From the NCBI GenBank assembly GCA_963703315.1, contig OY969811.1, positions 2,816,001 through 2,880,000 of the forward strand: a DNA stretch of 64,000 nt. The letters run 5' to 3'. The position numbers were made by a program, and so were the translations under genes. Below, one piece after another: positions 46,462-57,496 of the stretch. The DNA is from an uncultured cyanobacterium (GTDB lineage: Bacteria; Cyanobacteriota; Cyanobacteriia; Pseudanabaenales; Pseudanabaenaceae). Under the pieces are notes generated by a model that was given only the letters and a program-made list of their open reading frames with translations, searched no databases and was not told where the DNA came from. Within the stretch, counting starts at the first letter, position 1, and the number at the start of each line of letters is the position of its first letter.

Positions 46462-48075
46462 ATGAAATTGATGAGCACACCCAACAATGCCCCGTCAAGC
46501 ATCAATCTTGTCGCCACCCTGCAAGCCGCACAAGATATTTCGCGAGAGCTAAATGTTGACAAGCTTGTTAATCTCAGCCTTTCCGCATTACTAAACCTAT
46601 CGGGCGCACAGTCGGGTGCGGTAGTTTTGGCAGATGGTTCAGAATTTGTGATCGCTGCCATGATCACTAGGCGATCGCCTAACTTAGAAATAGCACCGAG
46701 ATTACCTCTTGCTGATAATGTCGCTAATTTGCCAATATTGCTAGTGCGTCATGCCTTAGATAAACAGGCAGAAGCAATTTGGGATCTCCACAATCCTGAT
46801 CCACATTTTGTTGATGATCCCTATTGGCTGCATGATTCTCCCCAAGCAGCCATCTGCATACCTCTATGCGAGAGAGGTGAATTTTTGGGAGCAGTTTATT
46901 TAGAAAATGAAGATAGCGATACCTTACTGCAAACTGAATGCTTACAAGTCGCGCGATCGCTATGTCAACAAGTAGCAATTTCGTTGGTGCGATCGCGAGA
47001 ATTGGCAGAGGTCAATCAGCGCAAAGAAGTCGAAGAGGCTTTGCAACGGTGTAATTCACTTTTGAAATCGCAGCGCGAAGCTTCCATTGATGGGGTTTTG
47101 GCAGTAGATGAGCAAGGACGGATTGTCAGCTACAACAACCGATTTTGTACTTTGTGGCAAATTCCTGAATCTGTACTGCAATCTGTGGAATATGGAGGAT
47201 TGCTGAGTTTGTTGCAACATCACCTGCAACTACCCGATGGACTCATTGAGGCGATCGAAAATGCCTATGATTCTCCTGAAATGTATACTCAACATGAAAT
47301 TGAGCTTAATGACCATCGCGTAATTGATTGCCACTCAGGACAGGTACATTCTCCTGAAGGTAAGTTTTATGGCATGGTGTGGTATTTTCGCGATGTCACC
47401 GAGCGTGTTCTTGTACAGAAAGAACTACAAATCGAAAAAGAACGTTCCGAAAGTTTGTTACTGAATATGTTGCCTGCGACGATCGCCAAGAAGCTGAAGC
47501 ATAGCCGTGCTTCTATGGCAGATGGCTTTGAAGAAGTATCGGTGTTATTTGCGGATATTGTGGGCTTTACGGAACTATCTAGTCGGATGTCACCAACACA
47601 AGTCGTCGGTCTGCTCAATCGCATTTTTTCGATATTTGATAATTTGTGCGATCGCCACAAACTCGAAAAAATCAAAACCATTGGTGATGCCTATATGGTC
47701 GTCAGTGGCTTGCCCCACCCAAGAGTCGATCATGCTGAGGCGATCGCGAAAATGGCACTCGATATGCAAGAAGCTGTCTCTGAAGTTAAGGCGATCGAGG
47801 GGACACAAATTGCCATGCGAATTGGCATTAATTCAGGTCCCGTTGTGGCAGGTGTGATTGGCACAAAGAAATTTATTTACGATCTTTGGGGTGATACGGT
47901 CAATGTTGCTAGTCGCATGGAATCCTTAGGCATAGCCGAAGCCATTCAAGTTACGGAAGCGACTTATATGCGTATCCACGATAAATTTCATCTTGAGCAA
48001 CGGGGCATGATTTCTGTTAAAGGAAAAGGCGAAATGATGACCTATTGGCTAAGTGGCAAAAAAGATCAAAGCTAA
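46462..48075 (+). CDS. GAF-PAS class III adenylate cyclase (start uncertain)
   Basis: 'VLFADIVGFT', 'KIKTIGDAYM' (Lys) and 'YDLWGDTVNVASRMES' (Asp) are ATP-specifying residues; GAF and PAS regions lie upstream. Confidence 0.92.
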   Translation: MKLMSTPNNAPSSINLVATLQAAQDISRELNVDKLVNLSLSALLNLSGAQSGAVVLADGSEFVIAAMITRRSPNLEIAPRLPLADNVANLPILLVRHALDKQAEAIWDLHNPDPHFVDDPYWLHDSPQAAICIPLCERGEFLGAVYLENEDSDTLLQTECLQVARSLCQQVAISLVRSRELAEVNQRKEVEEALQRCNSLLKSQREASIDGVLAVDEQGRIVSYNNRFCTLWQIPESVLQSVEYGGLLSLLQHHLQLPDGLIEAIENAYDSPEMYTQHEIELNDHRVIDCHSGQVHSPEGKFYGMVWYFRDVTERVLVQKELQIEKERSESLLLNMLPATIAKKLKHSRASMADGFEEVSVLFADIVGFTELSSRMSPTQVVGLLNRIFSIFDNLCDRHKLEKIKTIGDAYMVVSGLPHPRVDHAEAIAKMALDMQEAVSEVKAIEGTQIAMRIGINSGPVVAGVIGTKKFIYDLWGDTVNVASRMESLGIAEAIQVTEATYMRIHDKFHLEQRGMISVKGKGEMMTYWLSGKKDQS

Positions 48076-48099
48076 GTCGCGAAGCGACTTAGCTTTGAT

Positions 48100-49323
48100 T
48101 TAGGGATGCACTAGCCATGCTCGCTGAATTGGCTGCACGATCGCCTGTACTAATGGCGAAAGTGTGGCTATATCTTGTAAACCTTGCTCAGTTTGCACAT
48201 AAATCCCTTGTTTATAAATGCTATAGCCCTTAGTCCGTGATACGCGAATCCCACAATAATATTGAGGATCTAGTCCTTGGGCAATTAATTTTTGATGCCA
48301 ACTATCGAGGCTTTGCTGTTGCTGGATCTCCTCTAGGTGAGAAATCTCCGTAACATGAAATAAATCGCGATCCAAAAAGCGACGACATAAATCTGCAAGA
48401 GTCCGATCGCCACTATCGCGCCATTGATGAATGTGATAGTTAAACATGGTGTCATCGGAGGCAAAATATTCTTCACAGGTAAGAGATTGTGGGTCTTGGG
48501 TCAGCCAAGCCATCATCGGGCGATCGCTAAATATTTGGTTAGATTCGCCATCAGAAACTAAAACCTTCGCCCTCCGAAAAATTTTTTCCAATAAAAATCT
48601 TGCTGCTAAGTTTTTGGGATGGTTATAGATCTGTAAATACATAAAATAGCGCACTGTTAAATAATGCTCGATCGCCACAATCCCTTTGTGATCAATTACC
48701 AAATTTTGAGAAATTGGATCAAAGCGCATTGCCAATAAAATGCGATCTAGATCTAAATGACCATATTTTGCACCCGTAAAATAACTATCTCTTTCTAAAT
48801 AATCAAGGCGATCGCAATCAATTTGACTGGAAATTAATTGATAGATCAATGGCACTGCATATTTTTTAGTAAATACCCTTTCTAAATCAGTAATTAGATC
48901 AGGAGAAAAGCTGTTTAAAATCTCAGCAATTTGGCTGAGCTTTAGCAATCGTAAAGTCCATATTTCATGATTACTGCCAAATACTTCTTCCGATGCATGG
49001 CTATAAGCACCATGACCAAGATCATGTAGTAGAGCAGCTACTAATACTACTGTCCGATGGCTTTTTAGAGAAGGATATTTCGTGGCGATCGCATCAAAAG
49101 CACGTCTCGTCAATGCCATCACCCCTAGCGAATGGGTGAATCGTGACCCCTCAGCCCCATGAAATGTAAAGTAAGCAATATCTAGTTGGCGAATTCGTCT
49201 CAAGCGTTGAAACTCAGGTGTATCAATTAGTTGAATTAATAACGCCTCAGTGCGATCGCTACTATCAAGAGTAATCGCCCCATGAATGGGATCGTTATAA
49301 GTTCGAGACTTGCCAAAAATCAT
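48100..49323 (-). CDS. HD-domain phosphohydrolase (dNTPase/SAMHD1-like family)
   Basis: 'DPIHG', 'FQRLRRIRQL', 'SRFTHSLG', 'LLHDLGHG.YSH' and 'DCDRLDYL.RD'. Confidence 0.92.
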   Translation of the reverse strand: MIFGKSRTYNDPIHGAITLDSSDRTEALLIQLIDTPEFQRLRRIRQLDIAYFTFHGAEGSRFTHSLGVMALTRRAFDAIATKYPSLKSHRTVVLVAALLHDLGHGAYSHASEEVFGSNHEIWTLRLLKLSQIAEILNSFSPDLITDLERVFTKKYAVPLIYQLISSQIDCDRLDYLERDSYFTGAKYGHLDLDRILLAMRFDPISQNLVIDHKGIVAIEHYLTVRYFMYLQIYNHPKNLAARFLLEKIFRRAKVLVSDGESNQIFSDRPMMAWLTQDPQSLTCEEYFASDDTMFNYHIHQWRDSGDRTLADLCRRFLDRDLFHVTEISHLEEIQQQQSLDSWHQKLIAQGLDPQYYCGIRVSRTKGYSIYKQGIYVQTEQGLQDIATLSPLVQAIVQPIQRAWLVHP

Positions 49324-49336
49324 GGGATAAGATGGG

Positions 49337-49352
49337 TGTGATACAAATCACA
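49337..49352. promoter_or_regulatory. Perfect CRP (cAMP receptor protein) box
   Basis: TGTGA-tacaaa-TCACA in the divergent HD/cpdA intergenic region. Confidence 0.75.
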
Positions 49353-49637
49353 TTGCGTCGATTACAAATATCATAAGTTAATAAGCAAATATAATGATTG
49401 TTATGTCTGCTTTTTGACGAGATTTCCAAATACTAGAAATTACGCAAAAGTAAGAGTAAATCTTTTGATAGTAGCTATAATTTAAAAATTGCACTACTGA
49501 CAAATTCCATAAAAATGCTAGATCTGCTCAATGGGCTGAGCAGTTAGTAGTTTCTTAGATTCATCACAGTATTCTAAGAAATTTAGTACAGAAATAGATA
49601 GTTGCTGCTTACAGCTTCTTGATACAAGCTAGGTAGT

Positions 49638-50462
49638 ATGAAAAGCACAATGAATTACGGTAGTTTTGTTTCGATAGCACAGTTAACTGATACACATTTA
49701 TTTGAAGATATCGAACAGTCTTTAGTGGGTATTCAAACGGAGTCTTCCTTTCAAGAAGTTCTAGTTAATATCAAAAAAACCTTACCACAAATCGATTTAT
49801 TACTCTTAACAGGGGACTTAACTCAAGATGGTAGTGCTGCATCTTACACACGCTTGCGGCGATCGCTAGATAAATTTGGGATTCATGCTTATTGCTTAGC
49901 GGGAAACCATGATGATTTGTCCTTAATGCAAACCCATTTACCTAGCGAATATGTACATCTAAGCCGATCGCTAAATGTGGGTAAATGGCGAATCTTGTTA
50001 CTTAGCTCGGTTGTGGTTGGGGCTGTGCATGGCTACTTAGCTGCATCCGAATTAGCATGGCTAGAAGACACACTAAAAGCTTATCCTGAGCGCCCGACTT
50101 TAATTGCTTTTCATCACCCTGCCGCGCCTCTTGGCTCTAAATGGATAGACGATATTTGTTTAGAAAATCAAGATCAGTTTTGGGAGATCTGCGATCGCTA
50201 CCCTCAAGTAGAAGTGGTCTTGAATGGACACGCCCATCAAGATTTTGACAAAATTTATGAAACTCCCCATAATTCTGTGCGTTGTCTAGTCACACCCTCG
50301 ACCTGCATTCAGTTTGAGCCGCAAAATCACAAGTTCCAAATCGATAGTCAACCGCCCGGATTTCGGCATATCCGACTGTATCCGAATGGAGTTATGGAAA
50401 CGGAAGTGCATCGTCTCAAAGTCGGCAGCTTCCATCCTGATCTGGCGGCGATCGGTTATTAA
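49638..50462 (+). CDS. cpdA: 3',5'-cyclic AMP phosphodiesterase
   Basis: 'QLTDTHL', 'TGDLTQDG', 'GNHD', 'FHHP', 'GHAHQ' and 'TPSTCIQF...PGFR'. Confidence 0.9.
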   Translation: MKSTMNYGSFVSIAQLTDTHLFEDIEQSLVGIQTESSFQEVLVNIKKTLPQIDLLLLTGDLTQDGSAASYTRLRRSLDKFGIHAYCLAGNHDDLSLMQTHLPSEYVHLSRSLNVGKWRILLLSSVVVGAVHGYLAASELAWLEDTLKAYPERPTLIAFHHPAAPLGSKWIDDICLENQDQFWEICDRYPQVEVVLNGHAHQDFDKIYETPHNSVRCLVTPSTCIQFEPQNHKFQIDSQPPGFRHIRLYPNGVMETEVHRLKVGSFHPDLAAIGY

Positions 50463-50511
50463 ACCTGTTAGGATAAAAAATCGCCTAGCGACTTTTTATC
50501 TCTTAGAACCA

Positions 50512-51645
50512 ATGCAACCGCAGATCATTGTTATCAAAATTGGCACGTCTAGTCTCAGTGATCCTGAATCAGGGGATTTGCAGCTAGCGACGATCGCCAA
50601 ATTAGTAGAAGCGATCGTGCATCTGCGGCGCGAGGGGCATAGTGTTGTTTTAGTGTCTTCAGGGGCAGTGGGGATTGGCTGCGGTAGGTTAGGCTTAAAA
50701 CAACGTCCTCGCAAAATTTCTAAGAAGCAAGCCGTAGCGGCGGTAGGTCAGGGACGCTTAATCAGAATTTACGATGACTTTTTTGGCTCATTGCAACAAC
50801 CTGTCGCCCAAGTTTTATTAACACGAGGCAATCTGATCCAGCGTCAGCACTATATGAATGTCCATGCAACTTTTCATGAGTTGTTAGAACTAGGTGTTGT
50901 GCCAATTGTGAATGAAAACGACACCGTTGCTGTCGAAGAATTGAAATTTGGTGATAATGATACGCTTTCGGCTCTAGTGGCTAGTTTGATCGAGGCAGAT
51001 TGGTTGTTTTTATTAACCGATGTCGATCGCCTCTATTCCGATGATCCACGCCAAAATCCTGATGCTAAACCAATTGAGTTTGTAGAATATTCGCAACTGC
51101 AAGAACTCAGACAGGCGATCGGTGAGAAGCAATCACTAGGTTCTCACGGTGGTGGTACGCAATGGGGAACTGGCGGTATGACCACTAAACTTGATGCTGC
51201 GAGAATTGCTTCCGCCGCAGGAGTTCGCACCGTAATTACCAGAGGAGCATTCCCCGATCGCATTGCCGCCATTCTCAATGGTGAGAACTTCGGCACACAA
51301 TTCGCCGCCCAACCGAAAACCGTCAATGCTCGTAAACGCTGGATTGCTTATGGCATGGTTCCATTAGGTAAGCTGTTTTTAGATGATGGAGCCGTGACTG
51401 CGGTGATTCGTAAGGGGCGATCGCTTTTACCTGCGGGAATTACGCAAGTGGAAGGGAAATTTGAGGCAAATGAATCGGTAAGTCTATGCGATCGCGATGG
51501 CAAAGAAATCGCTAGAGGTATTACCAACTACAGTAGTAACGATATTGTGCGGATTCTCGGCTCACAGTCAGAAGACATTCCCAAGTTACTCGGCTTCGAT
51601 GGCGAAGAAACTGTAATTCATCGAGATAATTTAGTAAGTCTGTAA
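50512..51645 (+). CDS. proB: Glutamate 5-kinase with PUA domain
   Basis: 'VIKIGTSSL', 'VSSGAVG', '[19 protein letters not shown]' and 'GTGGMTTKL'. Confidence 0.97.
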   Translation: MQPQIIVIKIGTSSLSDPESGDLQLATIAKLVEAIVHLRREGHSVVLVSSGAVGIGCGRLGLKQRPRKISKKQAVAAVGQGRLIRIYDDFFGSLQQPVAQVLLTRGNLIQRQHYMNVHATFHELLELGVVPIVNENDTVAVEELKFGDNDTLSALVASLIEADWLFLLTDVDRLYSDDPRQNPDAKPIEFVEYSQLQELRQAIGEKQSLGSHGGGTQWGTGGMTTKLDAARIASAAGVRTVITRGAFPDRIAAILNGENFGTQFAAQPKTVNARKRWIAYGMVPLGKLFLDDGAVTAVIRKGRSLLPAGITQVEGKFEANESVSLCDRDGKEIARGITNYSSNDIVRILGSQSEDIPKLLGFDGEETVIHRDNLVSL

Positions 51646-53250
51646 AGTTTTAAGGATAGGCGGCGCTTCGCGCCGTCTATCATTGCCTATTTGGCTCACA
51701 AGATATAAGTAATACTTCTCATCGGACATAAAGCTATTCGTAAATTTAGATACGCCTGATATTTGCAGTAAAGGATTTTTGGCAATCAATTCATTATTTA
51801 ATTCTCGGTTCAGAATTAGCAGAATTTTATTGTTTTCTTGATTAAATAAACTACCAGTTTGAGTCAAAACTTCTTGATTATCGACATCTTTTCTTTGCTT
51901 AGTAAATAAGACAAAACTACCCATAGATTTTATTTCTGGGTAATATACTTTTTTGTTGAGATATCCACATATTGGTGATATCGCATAGTCGGTACTACCC
52001 ACAGTCAATAACCGATCTAGTTGCTGTTGTTGGATGAATCTGGCTGTTTCTCGACTTGCCGAAAAAGGAATTAATAAATCTCTACCAAATGCCACAACTC
52101 CCGATAGAAGCTGTGCATATAGCAGCAACATAAAAAATGTTTTTTGATGAGCTTCTGCAAAAAGAATTAGTTTTTTGATTGCTTGTTGAAATTGAACAAA
52201 TAATTTATTGGCAGACAAGTCCTCTGGGAAATTTTTCTTTGGATAATAACTAGCAATCCACAAGCTAGCAATCAATAAAATATATAGATGTCCAAAATGT
52301 CTTGGTCCTCCTAGAAACTTGATATAGGTAAATGTCAAAATTTCAAGTGTGCCAAATAAATAGAGAAATAAAGCAACAGGTTTACGGCTTAGAAATAAAG
52401 CTGTAAAAATGAAAAAGCCTACAGATACTAATGCAAAGATTGACATCTCGATCGCATTCTTATCATTAGGCACAATAATCACCACATAGCCACTCCAAAT
52501 CCTTGTTAATGAAGTGATTAGGCGAATAAAGTCAAACTGTAGAACCCATCCCGAAGTGCCGCCAGCAAGAACACTATCCTGAGGTGGAATCAATAGTAAT
52601 AAAGAGAAAAATATACCAAGTATAAAAATGCTTAAGCTCAAGACAATATCAAGCTTACTAACTGTAGTGGGTGCAATGATATATTCAAAAATTAAAGTTG
52701 CACCTAATGCGATCGCAATTAGTAAACAATAGGCATTGGCATTGGCTAATAAAAATAAAATTATGGATAGTGCAATATAACTAGTCTTTCGTTTAGGAAA
52801 TAATGCACAAAATCCAAAAATCAATAAAACCCCGATCGCATAATTTCTACTAACTAATAAGTACTCATAGAAAGGTAAGTAGCCAAAACAAAATAAGCTC
52901 TTTTGCAGTTTAGTAAAAGATGAAAATCTGAAAAATATATATGCAGATGCGACACCTAGAAATAAATGAAAAAACTGCATAATTACTGGATCATGGGTAA
53001 TCTGATTCAATAAATAGAGGCAGATATACCAAAGTGCAGGATGTCCTTCATATTTCATATTTTGAAATAATTCAGGAATAGAAAGGCTATCTCTCGTCAT
53101 TAACCAAACATTAATTTCATCACGCCACATCGCATGGTTGATGATTCCAATTAATCCTAAGATTAGAAAAATGAAAATTAATGTATTTGTAAAGTAATTT
53201 TCATTATCTCCAATTTTCTTAATTGTTTGTTGAATAGATAGAATTTTCAT
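51631..53250 (-). CDS. Polytopic membrane protein, putative GT-C glycosyltransferase
   Basis: 'HAMWRDE..W' after TM1, 'YEGHPALWY' and 'SRNYA'; about 12 TM segments. Confidence 0.7.
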   Translation of the reverse strand: MKILSIQQTIKKIGDNENYFTNTLIFIFLILGLIGIINHAMWRDEINVWLMTRDSLSIPELFQNMKYEGHPALWYICLYLLNQITHDPVIMQFFHLFLGVASAYIFFRFSSFTKLQKSLFCFGYLPFYEYLLVSRNYAIGVLLIFGFCALFPKRKTSYIALSIILFLLANANAYCLLIAIALGATLIFEYIIAPTTVSKLDIVLSLSIFILGIFFSLLLLIPPQDSVLAGGTSGWVLQFDFIRLITSLTRIWSGYVVIIVPNDKNAIEMSIFALVSVGFFIFTALFLSRKPVALFLYLFGTLEILTFTYIKFLGGPRHFGHLYILLIASLWIASYYPKKNFPEDLSANKLFVQFQQAIKKLILFAEAHQKTFFMLLLYAQLLSGVVAFGRDLLIPFSASRETARFIQQQQLDRLLTVGSTDYAISPICGYLNKKVYYPEIKSMGSFVLFTKQRKDVDNQEVLTQTGSLFNQENNKILLILNRELNNELIAKNPLLQISGVSKFTNSFMSDEKYYLYLVSQIGNDRRREAPPILKTLQTY

Positions 53251-53315
53251 TTATTACTTTGAATTAGCTGATTGCAATTAAATATTAAGCTGTGGGTGTT
53301 GCTAACGCGATCACT

Positions 53316-55157
53316 CTAATTTTTGCTATTGTCGATTTGAACAATCTCATCACTATCTTCTAAAACAATATCTTCAATATCTTTTACAGAAATATTCAAG
53401 TCCTCTAAATCATCTTTAATCTTCTCATAACGAGAAAGTTTAAACAAAAATTTAATCATTCCTTCCATTTCTTTTTCTTTGTTATTCTCTACTTCAAAGT
53501 GTTTTGTAACGAATTGAGTTATAAATTTAAAGATTTTCAGGATAACTTCCTTTTCACCTTTTTCATATAGGTTAACAATGTACTTATTTATATTTATTTT
53601 ATTGTCAAATTTTGACTGTAAATATTTTGTAAAAGCAACCTTAAATAAAGCTAGTAAATGGTATAAAGGTGTTTTAAAAGTATCCTCGTAAGAGAGATTT
53701 GTAGTATCATCAATTACATCAAATATATAAAATGCACACAGCATATCCTCAAATGAGGTTCTATCATTAAATATTCTTTCATAAAGCCCATCTTCATGTT
53801 CCTTATGTGAGATAAAAACTAGATCTTTTTTAGTTTCTTGATATTGTCTGTAGTTACTTAAGACACTTACGGGATCTTGTAAATGATAAGCTAAATATAC
53901 ATTAGCAAATAGAAAGCTTGGAATTTCATTTATACCTTCTGGAAGTTCGCGAAACTCGTCACGCCTTTTTTCGTACCAAAATTTAGTTTGAAATGAATCA
54001 TTTTGCAATCTAATTTGAATATCGTCATTAGCACAAAAATCGCGATCATATATAGGATTCTGTGAATTCGTGTATCTGGTTACATTCAAATCAAAATCAT
54101 TTCCCCCTGATTTCAAAAGACGTAAAGTAAGCAAAGATTCACTATCCATTTGAATGCGCTTTGTCGGAGACGCATTTTTATAAGCTCGGTAAATAGAATA
54201 AACAGTTTGTGCGCCGTTTATAATTTGTAACCCAGTAAGCTGTAACTTCTCAGCCTTTTTACCGATTTTAGGCAACAGATAGGTAATAGCAGTAATACCG
54301 TTATTGTAATACCAAAAATAAGCAGGATTCTCAATCGCAGTTTTTTCTATTTCCTCATTAAATTCTGATTGGAGGAGAGGATTTCTAACATTTTTATAGA
54401 AAAGCGCAAAACCATATTTTTCAAATAAATCATAGATGCTCTTAGGGCGAAGTAAAAACATATAAGCTTCAAATGGCTTTTCTATTTTAATACTGCCATT
54501 TCCTTGAACAATCTCAATATTAATGAGACTTTCTTCTGGGTTTTGGTAGGTTTCAAGAGGATTTAAAGGCTCAATTTTTTTGTATTTTCTATCGATATAA
54601 TCAAATTTAATTCGATTAATATCAATAACTTCAAACTTGATTTTCTCATCATTATTTATAAAAGACTTAATATTCTCATCCGCACCTCCCCTATATTGAG
54701 AAAGTGTCAAAAAGATGAATTTAACTTCACCATTCTCTTTAAGATGTTTGTCTAACTCTTCTAGTTTTAATTTCAACTTGTCATTAAAATCGTCCTTTTC
54801 ACCCCGCAAAATTGTTGTAAAATCACTCAAAGCCTTAAGTATTTCATCCTTGTCAGCTTCTTTTTCTGCGTTAACCGCATTGTTCCATTTTGATTGAACA
54901 ATATAGAAAATATTATCACCATAATTATTTTTCTTATCAAAAACAATGTCACAAGAACTATCATTATCACCGTCAGTGATAAAACTTGTGTAATTAGATA
55001 TCTTTCCGTAAAATTCTAAAAACCAAATTAAAAGTGCATAGGATTTTTGGTTGTTGATCGCATTTCTATGCTTTTGGATAAATTTATCGTCTTTATACTT
55101 TTCTAAAAGCCCGTTAAGCTCACTATCTATAATGTTATAAAAATCTTTAGTAAACAT
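53316..55157 (-). CDS. AIPR-family (abortive infection phage resistance) protein, AT-rich
   Basis: 'ITDGDNDSSCD', 'VQSKW', 'LFYKNVRNPL', 'FWYYNNGIT', 'QIINGAQT' and 'TNSQNPI'. Confidence 0.9.
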   Translation of the reverse strand: MFTKDFYNIIDSELNGLLEKYKDDKFIQKHRNAINNQKSYALLIWFLEFYGKISNYTSFITDGDNDSSCDIVFDKKNNYGDNIFYIVQSKWNNAVNAEKEADKDEILKALSDFTTILRGEKDDFNDKLKLKLEELDKHLKENGEVKFIFLTLSQYRGGADENIKSFINNDEKIKFEVIDINRIKFDYIDRKYKKIEPLNPLETYQNPEESLINIEIVQGNGSIKIEKPFEAYMFLLRPKSIYDLFEKYGFALFYKNVRNPLLQSEFNEEIEKTAIENPAYFWYYNNGITAITYLLPKIGKKAEKLQLTGLQIINGAQTVYSIYRAYKNASPTKRIQMDSESLLTLRLLKSGGNDFDLNVTRYTNSQNPIYDRDFCANDDIQIRLQNDSFQTKFWYEKRRDEFRELPEGINEIPSFLFANVYLAYHLQDPVSVLSNYRQYQETKKDLVFISHKEHEDGLYERIFNDRTSFEDMLCAFYIFDVIDDTTNLSYEDTFKTPLYHLLALFKVAFTKYLQSKFDNKININKYIVNLYEKGEKEVILKIFKFITQFVTKHFEVENNKEKEMEGMIKFLFKLSRYEKIKDDLEDLNISVKDIEDIVLEDSDEIVQIDNSKN

Positions 55158-55221
55158 ATTGACCACAATTAAATCAATGTTGATATACTCTGAAGCCTTT
55201 GGAATAATCTATTCAAAAGGA

Positions 55222-55342
55222 TAAGTAGGAAGGCTTAATTATTTGTAGGATGCGTTAGTGCAACGTAACGCATCCATTGGGTAAAGATGATGGGTTACGC
55301 GATCGCTAACCCATCCTACATTTAATTCCAACAACCTACTTA
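55222..55342. mobile_element. TAAGTAG...CTACTTA element containing an inverted GTAG-REP doublet
   Basis: gtaggatgcgttagtgcaacgtaacgcatc and gatgggttacgcgatcgctaacccatcctac lie between TAAGTAGG..AATT ends. Confidence 0.75.
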
Positions 55343-55381
55343 AATCAACCGTTGTAGCAGTCTATTATGTCATTTTGTTTT

Positions 55382-56824
55382 CTAAGTGGATAAAAACTCA
55401 TCAATTTTAATCGCTTCTTGCAAACCCCGCTTGATGCAATCACCTAAAGCTACACCACCAATAAAGTTGGCACTCACATATAAACCTTGAGATTTTTGGA
55501 GTTCGGCTTCCACTGTGGCAAGACGGTCTAAATGTCCAATCTCATACTGAGGAATCGCTTTGTCCCAAACATGAACGGCGATCGCCTTTGGTTCTGCTTT
55601 CGTATCAGGACGGAGAATTGTTTTCTTCAGATCTTGATGCACGGCTTGAATAATTTCAGCTTCTGAAAGCTTGGCTAGGGCAGGATCGAGCGTACCGCCA
55701 ATGAAATTTAATAACAATTGCCAACCTTCAGGGGCGCGTCCTGCAAAGAGGCTTGATGACCAGATTGTACCGAGAGTTCTTACGCCTTGAGTGCGAGGAA
55801 TCAGATTGCCAAAGCCTTTCATATCGTAGGCAAATTCACTTTTTGGATAGGCAAGCACCACACAGGCAACGGTCGGATAAAAAATTTCGTTCAGGGCTTG
55901 GCTAGCGGCGGGTAGAGAATCTTGTAATAGTTTGGCGGTGACGTAGGCGGGAGTAGTGAGAACCACCGATCGCGATGTTAATGTTTCTTCACCCGTAGGC
56001 GTATCGAATTTAGAAATATAGATATCGCCTTGCTTTTCGAGCGATCGCAAAGTCCATTGTTGTTTGACCGCCGTACCTTGTTCTCTTAACTTAGTAGCGA
56101 TCGCCTCTGGCAACATTTTAATCCCTTGTCGAAATGAGCCAAGTTCACCAGATTTCACTTTTGGAATATTGGGATCATTCAGCTTTTGGGCTTTACGTTC
56201 CTTTGCCGATAATAGCGCCCCTGCTAATAAACCACCGTAGCTATTCTCTAACCGAAAGATTTTAGCAAAAGCGGCGTTAGCACTAAGACGTTTAGGATCA
56301 CCTGCATAGACTCCAGAAATAAATGGTGCAACTAGTCGTTCAACGGCTTGCTTCCCTAATAATCGTGAAAAGAATTGATCAACAGATTCTTCCCCAGCCA
56401 TTGCTGGACGCGCAAAACCGATCGCCCCTAACGCTAAACGAATTTTGCCACCCCAAGTCAACAGTTTAGAGGCGATCGCCTTTGGTGGACTCATGGGTAA
56501 AGCGTTTAATTTGCCATTAAGAAAAACAAAACGCGGTAATTTGCCATCAGCCAATACCAACTCGTCTTTGAGTCCCACTTGTACCGCCAGACGCAATAGT
56601 TCAGGTGCAGGTTGAAAGCTATTGGGTCCTTCTTCCCATTGATAGCCTTCGTCATTTTTGGCGCTAGTAATTGCTCCTCCCACCCGATCCTGTGCCTCCG
56701 CAACCAACACACGGTAGTTTTTGGCGATCGCGAGTTCATGGGCGATCGCTAGCCCTGAAATTCCTGCCCCAACGACAAGAACATCTAAGGGTTGATTAGT
56801 ATCAGCATGGGGCGCGGAGGTCAT
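55382..56824 (-). CDS. hemY: Protoporphyrinogen oxidase (HemY-type, plant PPO1-like)
   Basis: 'VVGAGISGL', 'WEEGPNSFQP', 'PFISGVYAGDP' and 'TLGTIWSSSLF.GRAP'. Confidence 0.92.
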   Translation of the reverse strand: MTSAPHADTNQPLDVLVVGAGISGLAIAHELAIAKNYRVLVAEAQDRVGGAITSAKNDEGYQWEEGPNSFQPAPELLRLAVQVGLKDELVLADGKLPRFVFLNGKLNALPMSPPKAIASKLLTWGGKIRLALGAIGFARPAMAGEESVDQFFSRLLGKQAVERLVAPFISGVYAGDPKRLSANAAFAKIFRLENSYGGLLAGALLSAKERKAQKLNDPNIPKVKSGELGSFRQGIKMLPEAIATKLREQGTAVKQQWTLRSLEKQGDIYISKFDTPTGEETLTSRSVVLTTPAYVTAKLLQDSLPAASQALNEIFYPTVACVVLAYPKSEFAYDMKGFGNLIPRTQGVRTLGTIWSSSLFAGRAPEGWQLLLNFIGGTLDPALAKLSEAEIIQAVHQDLKKTILRPDTKAEPKAIAVHVWDKAIPQYEIGHLDRLATVEAELQKSQGLYVSANFIGGVALGDCIKRGLQEAIKIDEFLST

Positions 56825-56973
56825 AGCTTGAGGGGGAGTCGTTGAGCAATTCTCAGTTTAATACAACTACGTTCTTAAAAAAATCAAAAACCTGTGACGC
56901 ACGCTGCACTTACGCCACAGGTTTTTGATTAGCAATAGTAAGGAGTAGCAGTGCTTCGCGCCACTACTCCTGA

Positions 56974-57210
56974 TTAAACTGAATGTTGAAATAACGCATT
57001 TAAATACACTTTGGCAGTGCTGCGATATTGATTAGATGAATTGTGTGAGGCTCCTTGGCGATCGCTACCACCGTTTTGCAATAAAAACAAAGATAAAGCA
57101 GCCGCAAATACACGATCCTGATCCCAGTCAGGGTGAGATTCGAGATAATTTTTGAGGGTTTCGTGCAGTTCTTCAGGAATTTCGGCAAGGATGCTGACAG
57201 GTGTACTCAT
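56974..57210 (-). CDS. Small cyanobacterial DUF2811-family protein
   Basis: 'VSILAEIPEELHETLKNYLESHPDWDQDRVFAAALSLFLLQNG'. Confidence 0.85.
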   Translation of the reverse strand: MSTPVSILAEIPEELHETLKNYLESHPDWDQDRVFAAALSLFLLQNGGSDRQGASHNSSNQYRSTAKVYLNALFQHSV

Positions 57211-57496
57211 GCTGAAACCTCAACTTTTAAACAAGTTTTTTTAGTGATGTCGCAACCATTTTTGGAGGTCGGGACTTAATTGTGCGTGCAACTAGTAGTT
57301 CTTGTCAACGTAACGAAGTATTAAGCATAAGTGATAAATAGATAAGACTGGATTGATATAATCAGCCTTTTTACTTAATTTACATTACATAACTTCACAA
57401 TAAATGAATGTAAAAAAGTTTTCCCAAGTTAGCTATCCTATAGATTAATGAATCCTTAACCAGTAAGGAGGGTAGATCTTAACCTCTAAAATCACC

